Of a stretch of DNA of 64,000 nucleotides, positions 60,102-64,000 are shown piece by piece. The DNA lies in IMG/VR virus record IMGVR_UViG_3300023184_002233; one strand, 5' to 3'. Position 1 is the stretch's first letter, and the number at the start of each line of letters is the position of its first letter. A program made the position numbers and the translations under genes. The stretch is from an uncultured virus (IMG/VR IMGVR_UViG_3300023184_002233). Lineage: Duplodnaviria > Heunggongvirae > Uroviricota > Caudoviricetes. The notes below the pieces were generated by a model. The model worked only from the letters and a program-made list of their open reading frames with translations, made no database searches and was not told the DNA's origin.

Positions 60102-61340
60102 ATGAAAAAAACAATAATAAGTCTTACTGTCCTAGCTGCCGCCATTTCCGCAATGGCCCAGACGACATTAATCAATCAAACTTCCACCATATCAGGTGGT
60201 TACGGAACAACTACATTAGTTGACACTAATAGCACTTCAAACAGCACAAGCACAGTTAACACCAACAATGTTAATAGTGGTACGATTACCAACATCAATC
60301 AAACAACGGTTGGAAGTACATCAACAAACACTAATAACAACAATAATGTTAACAGTGGTACAATGACATACAACAATAACAATGTCAACACCGGAACAAT
60401 CACAAATAATAACAACAATGTGAATTCTGGTACAATGACATACAATAATAACAATGTCAATACTGGCACAATGACCAACATTAACCAGAATACAAGTGCC
60501 AGCACTGCTACAAATGTAAACACTAATAACAATATTAATAGTGGAACAATGACTAACATTAATCAGAACACAAACAGTTCTACTAATGTCAACACTAATA
60601 ATAACATTAACAGTGGCACGATGACTAACAATAATAACAATGTTAACACTAGCACTGTAACAAGTACAAACATTAATAGCGGTACAATGACCAACAATAA
60701 CAACAACGTTAATAGTAGTACCGCAACTAATGTAAACACTAACAACAACGTTAATACTGGTACAATGACTAACAATAACAACAATGTTAACACTGGTACA
60801 ATGACCAATAATAACAATAATGTTAATACTAGCACAGCGACCAACGTTAATGCTAATACAAACAATAATGTACAGACTGGTGATATGACCAATCGTAACA
60901 TTAACACAACTGAGATTACTCAGCGTGTTATTCAACCGCCACCAACCGCGGTTGCGCCAACGATGATGAGTGGTGGTAATAATGATTTATGTACAACTGG
61001 TACAAGTGGTGGCGTTCAGACACAGATATTTGGTGTCAGTGGTGGAGGCACGATTAGAGACCAGAATTGTGAGAGACTAAAGTTATCCAAAACACTATAT
61101 GATATGGGTATGAAGGTAGCTGCTGTAGCAACTATGTGTCAAGACCGTAGAGTATTTGATGCTATGATGGCAGCAGGCACACCATGCCCGTTTGAAGGTA
61201 AGATTGGTGAAGCGGCTAGGGTAGCCTGGGAAGAGAACAAAGATAGAGTCCCGACAGTAGAAGAGGAAAAACTTGATGACACTTACAAGAAAATTGGCCT
61301 TGGTGCTTTGCTTGGCGCTATCATTTATAAAGCCTTCTAA
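60102..61340 (+). CDS. Exported Asn/Thr-repeat protein with Cys-containing C-terminal domain and C-terminal hydrophobic anchor
   Basis: Signal peptide MKKTIISLTVLAAAISAMA; ~12-aa N(S/T)GTMT(N/Y)NNNNV repeats; four Cys; C-terminal IGLGALLGAIIY. Confidence 0.75.
   Translation: MKKTIISLTVLAAAISAMAQTTLINQTSTISGGYGTTTLVDTNSTSNSTSTVNTNNVNSGTITNINQTTVGSTSTNTNNNNNVNSGTMTYNNNNVNTGTITNNNNNVNSGTMTYNNNNVNTGTMTNINQNTSASTATNVNTNNNINSGTMTNINQNTNSSTNVNTNNNINSGTMTNNNNNVNTSTVTSTNINSGTMTNNNNNVNSSTATNVNTNNNVNTGTMTNNNNNVNTGTMTNNNNNVNTSTATNVNANTNNNVQTGDMTNRNINTTEITQRVIQPPPTAVAPTMMSGGNNDLCTTGTSGGVQTQIFGVSGGGTIRDQNCERLKLSKTLYDMGMKVAAVATMCQDRRVFDAMMAAGTPCPFEGKIGEAARVAWEENKDRVPTVEEEKLDDTYKKIGLGALLGAIIYKAF
60220..60910 (+). 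repeat. Low-complexity Asn/Thr coding repeats (~36-nt units)
   Basis: Recurrent AA(T/C) runs and (A/T)(C/G)TGG(T/C/A)AC(A/G)ATGAC. Confidence 0.85.
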
Positions 61341-63522
61341 TTCTCAAGTAGATCCAACTACCAGTAATCTGATAAATTTTACTGGTACTCCTACGGCTAC
61401 ATCTGGTAATTGGGTTAATGGTGTATATGTTAATAGTTTAACCTGCTGGCAACCGGGCGGACCGGGCAACTGCGGCCCTAATCCTAATGTACAGACCAAT
61501 GGTTCTATTAATTTCTCTTATGGACAAGTGGATCTTCATCAAGTCATTAATATAAACGCTGCCTTAAAGGCAGGTGGGTCTGGTGTTCAATTAACTGGAT
61601 TTAATTTTGCGTTTCGTGCTAAGAATGGTAATGGTTGGGATAACGGTCAGCAAGATTATCTAGCAGCATATGTTTCATTATATAATGCCAATGGTACACA
61701 AGCAGCAAACTATGATTATTCTCAGCATACAAACAAGCAGTATAACTGGACTGATTTTAATTTTCGTGAAACTTTTGCCAATCCATATATTGCTTCAACA
61801 TTAAGTACAGCGAGAGTGGGGTTTATTGGTAGAGACACTAATGGTTGGGCTGGCCCTTACGGTCCTGAAATTACAAATGTTAGTTTTAATCTAGCATATA
61901 AAGTTGATCCATGCAGTACAAACTCTGCATATAGTTCAACTTGTGCTGGCTTTAACAAAGTTATTAATACTACTAATTTATTACCGTCAAATGATTTTGC
62001 TGGTTCATACAACCAAGCTATAGCAATCAATACAGCATTAACAAGTGCAGGAGTTGGTGCGATGGTACATGGATTCAATTATGGCTTTAGTTATAAAGTA
62101 GGACAAAGTTGGTCAGGCTGCACTGCTACTAATCAAGATGGATCATGTAGTTGGTATATGGATATTCCTGCTTCAGCAAGAGTAACCGCATCATTAACTA
62201 GTAACACTAATCAATCATTGTATCAGAAAGTTTATAGTTATACCGGTGATAACACAAATGGTAATGTGTCTGAAAAATTTTTATTACCTTCAAGTTTGAA
62301 TCAATCATCATTGGGTACAGCTAGATTGAGTGGGTCATCTATGGGTACCGGATCTGAAGTAGGTAATTTTTGGGCTAGTATAATATATACTGCTGACCCT
62401 TGTGCTAATGATCCTTTGTATAGTACTAATTGTAAGGGGTATGCTGCTGCGTTTGCTGCTAAATTAAGCGCCAGTAATACCATTGCTGCACAGGCTAGTA
62501 CATCTACCCCAACAATTGAATCATCAACCTCAAGTACTCCAACGACAAATGTAGGCGGTGTACAAATGTCTACTACTGGTTCAATCAGTGTCCCAGACAA
62601 TATTCCGCAGGCACTTAAAGATGTACAAGCAATTGCCCAACAATCACAATTAGCATCTACACAATCAAGTAAGTCTACTCCAAACATGAGTTTGATAATG
62701 AGTTTGCTTAATCAAGCGCAAGCTAATGATAAGGCAACACAAACAGCAGCAGTACAAAACGCACAACAAGTGGCAGCTACATCAGCAGCTAAAGCACAAG
62801 AACAAGCTAATCAAGTGGTAGAAGCATTGAATACAATGAATCAAGCAAGTTCACAGGCATCAATGATACAAAGTAATAATATTCAATCATATGCTCAGTC
62901 ATCTCAACAAAATAGTTCAGTAGTTCAATTACAACAACCAACCGCAGCTACACAAATGACATTTGTATCACCAATTCAATCTATATCATTAACACCACCA
63001 CAACAAACTTTGGGTCAAGTTACTTTTGGATCCGCAACTATTACAGTACCGGTACTAGCACCTCAAGTTTCTGTTACTAGATATGAATCACAACAAAAGG
63101 TTGATACATCATTAGTAGCATCAGTTGCTCCGCAATTTGAGCAACCAAAGTTTGAAAACAAGCAACAAGAAGTTGATATGCCAACTGTATCGTTTAATAC
63201 AAGTATGAGTCGTGGTTCTAATGTAAATGATTTATTTGCTAGCAAGATAAACATTGAATCATTGCAGTCAGAACAATCAATAGATACAGTTAACAAGAAT
63301 GTATCAGCAAATGAGTTAGCGGGTAATGTTGATATTACTAGTATGGCAACAACACCTAAAGGATATGAAGCATATAGTTTTATGCTTAAAGATGCGGCCT
63401 TTTATAAAGTAGAAGCAATTTATAAAGACCAAAAGACAGTTGATAACGCAAGAGCATTTAGATCGTTATCAAATGACAGACTACATCAAGAGATGGTAGA
63501 CCAACAATATAAAGGAAAATAA
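61276..63522 (+). CDS. Exported protein with two repeated Cys-containing domains and a Gln/Ser/Thr-rich stalk
   Basis: Signal-like N-terminus; duplicated IN.AL...G.G....GFN(F/Y).F and DPC..(N/D)..YS..C.G(F/Y); Q/A/S/T-rich C-terminal half; GAGG RBS. Confidence 0.7.
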   Translation: MTLTRKLALVLCLALSFIKPSNSQVDPTTSNLINFTGTPTATSGNWVNGVYVNSLTCWQPGGPGNCGPNPNVQTNGSINFSYGQVDLHQVININAALKAGGSGVQLTGFNFAFRAKNGNGWDNGQQDYLAAYVSLYNANGTQAANYDYSQHTNKQYNWTDFNFRETFANPYIASTLSTARVGFIGRDTNGWAGPYGPEITNVSFNLAYKVDPCSTNSAYSSTCAGFNKVINTTNLLPSNDFAGSYNQAIAINTALTSAGVGAMVHGFNYGFSYKVGQSWSGCTATNQDGSCSWYMDIPASARVTASLTSNTNQSLYQKVYSYTGDNTNGNVSEKFLLPSSLNQSSLGTARLSGSSMGTGSEVGNFWASIIYTADPCANDPLYSTNCKGYAAAFAAKLSASNTIAAQASTSTPTIESSTSSTPTTNVGGVQMSTTGSISVPDNIPQALKDVQAIAQQSQLASTQSSKSTPNMSLIMSLLNQAQANDKATQTAAVQNAQQVAATSAAKAQEQANQVVEALNTMNQASSQASMIQSNNIQSYAQSSQQNSSVVQLQQPTAATQMTFVSPIQSISLTPPQQTLGQVTFGSATITVPVLAPQVSVTRYESQQKVDTSLVASVAPQFEQPKFENKQQEVDMPTVSFNTSMSRGSNVNDLFASKINIESLQSEQSIDTVNKNVSANELAGNVDITSMATTPKGYEAYSFMLKDAAFYKVEAIYKDQKTVDNARAFRSLSNDRLHQEMVDQQYKGK

Positions 63523-63523
63523 A

Positions 63524-64000
63524 ATGTCAGAAGAAATAAAAGATGTCAACGCAAAGATTGACGAAGCACAAGCAGCAGTAAAGAAATACGCTAGCGCAGA
63601 TACTGTAATTAGTATTGGCGGGTATGAATTTACTCCGGCCAAATTAATGATAGCATTTACATTAGTGTCATCAATTTTGGGAGGACTTTATGGAGCCTTT
63701 GAAGTTTATAAAGACTACGTTGGCATGAAGAAAAAGATATCCGAATATTCAGCACCAGACTTAACTGAGTTCGATAAAAGAATATCCATACTTGACCAAA
63801 AGATTAAGAAGGCTGAAGATTCAGTTGCTGAAGCAAATGGCTATACCCGTGATATTAAGAATGACTTAAAGAGCGATTTACGTAGAAACGAAACGGTAAC
63901 TGAGCAGGTTGAAAGATTTGTTAAAGCGGCACAACGTGATTCCGAAAGTGAGATGCGTGAAATGCGTAAAGGTGTTAGAGAAGATTTGGACAAAGCCCGT
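63524..64000 (+). CDS. Membrane-anchored coiled-coil protein (partial, runs off window; not in ORF track)
   Basis: AAGGA RBS, ATG 63524, open to the end; TM segment LMIAFTLVSSILGGLYGAF followed by charged helical sequence. Confidence 0.75.
   Translation, partial: MSEEIKDVNAKIDEAQAAVKKYASADTVISIGGYEFTPAKLMIAFTLVSSILGGLYGAFEVYKDYVGMKKKISEYSAPDLTEFDKRISILDQKIKKAEDSVAEANGYTRDIKNDLKSDLRRNETVTEQVERFVKAAQRDSESEMREMRKGVREDLDKAR

Noticed and set aside
60299..60935. Leu/Val-rich minus-strand ORFs resembling membrane proteins
   Set aside because: Reverse complement of the AAT/AAC/ACN repeats in the Asn/Thr protein.
1..64000. Stop-codon reassignment (the called genes I checked end in TAA or TGA, not TAG)
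   Set aside because: Genes, including a 19-kb ORF, are intact and tightly packed under the standard code, so no recoding is needed; TAG scarcity is common in AT-rich phages.
1..64000. tRNA, rRNA, integrase, transposase, intron or intein
   Set aside because: Intergenic gaps are nearly all under about 70 bp and I recognised no such motifs; a covariance-model scan was not possible.

Overview
A 64-kb, gene-dense, AT-rich segment with every credible gene on the + strand. It is most consistent with the late region of a large, T4-superfamily-related myovirus (jumbo-phage-like). (1) 1-33.3 kb is a baseplate/tail module: gp53-like, hub-like, gp5/VgrG-like spike with a long Ala/Gly-rich extension, gp25-like, gp6-like wedge, a 6472-aa giant virion protein built from nested repeat modules and two beta-propeller-like regions, and fibre-like proteins. 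(2) 33.3-59.8 kb is a tightly coupled ~26-kb glyco-modification island. It holds GT8-like, GT-A-like and GT10-like glycosyltransferases, two twitch-domain radical SAM enzymes, five GCS...DxHP SGNH-like proteins, two methyltransferases, an RmlC-like epimerase, a split TPP-dependent alpha/beta enzyme, three SDRs and a NodU/CmcH carbamoyltransferase preceded by a PFIY micropeptide. It ends with a 1819-aa tandem-repeat protein derived from a GT-like module. (3) 60-64 kb is a module of exported/membrane proteins, including an Asn/Thr-repeat protein. T4-late-like TAAATA boxes precede many genes. At the head of modules 2 and 3 the box sits inside a nested hairpin whose 3' side covers the ribosome-binding region, which suggests a late-only translation switch. 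The leading hypothesis (inference) is a late-expressed phage system that builds an unusual branched, heavily tailored glycan and attaches it to the virion or the infected-cell surface. All functional calls come from motif recognition by eye; no searches were run.
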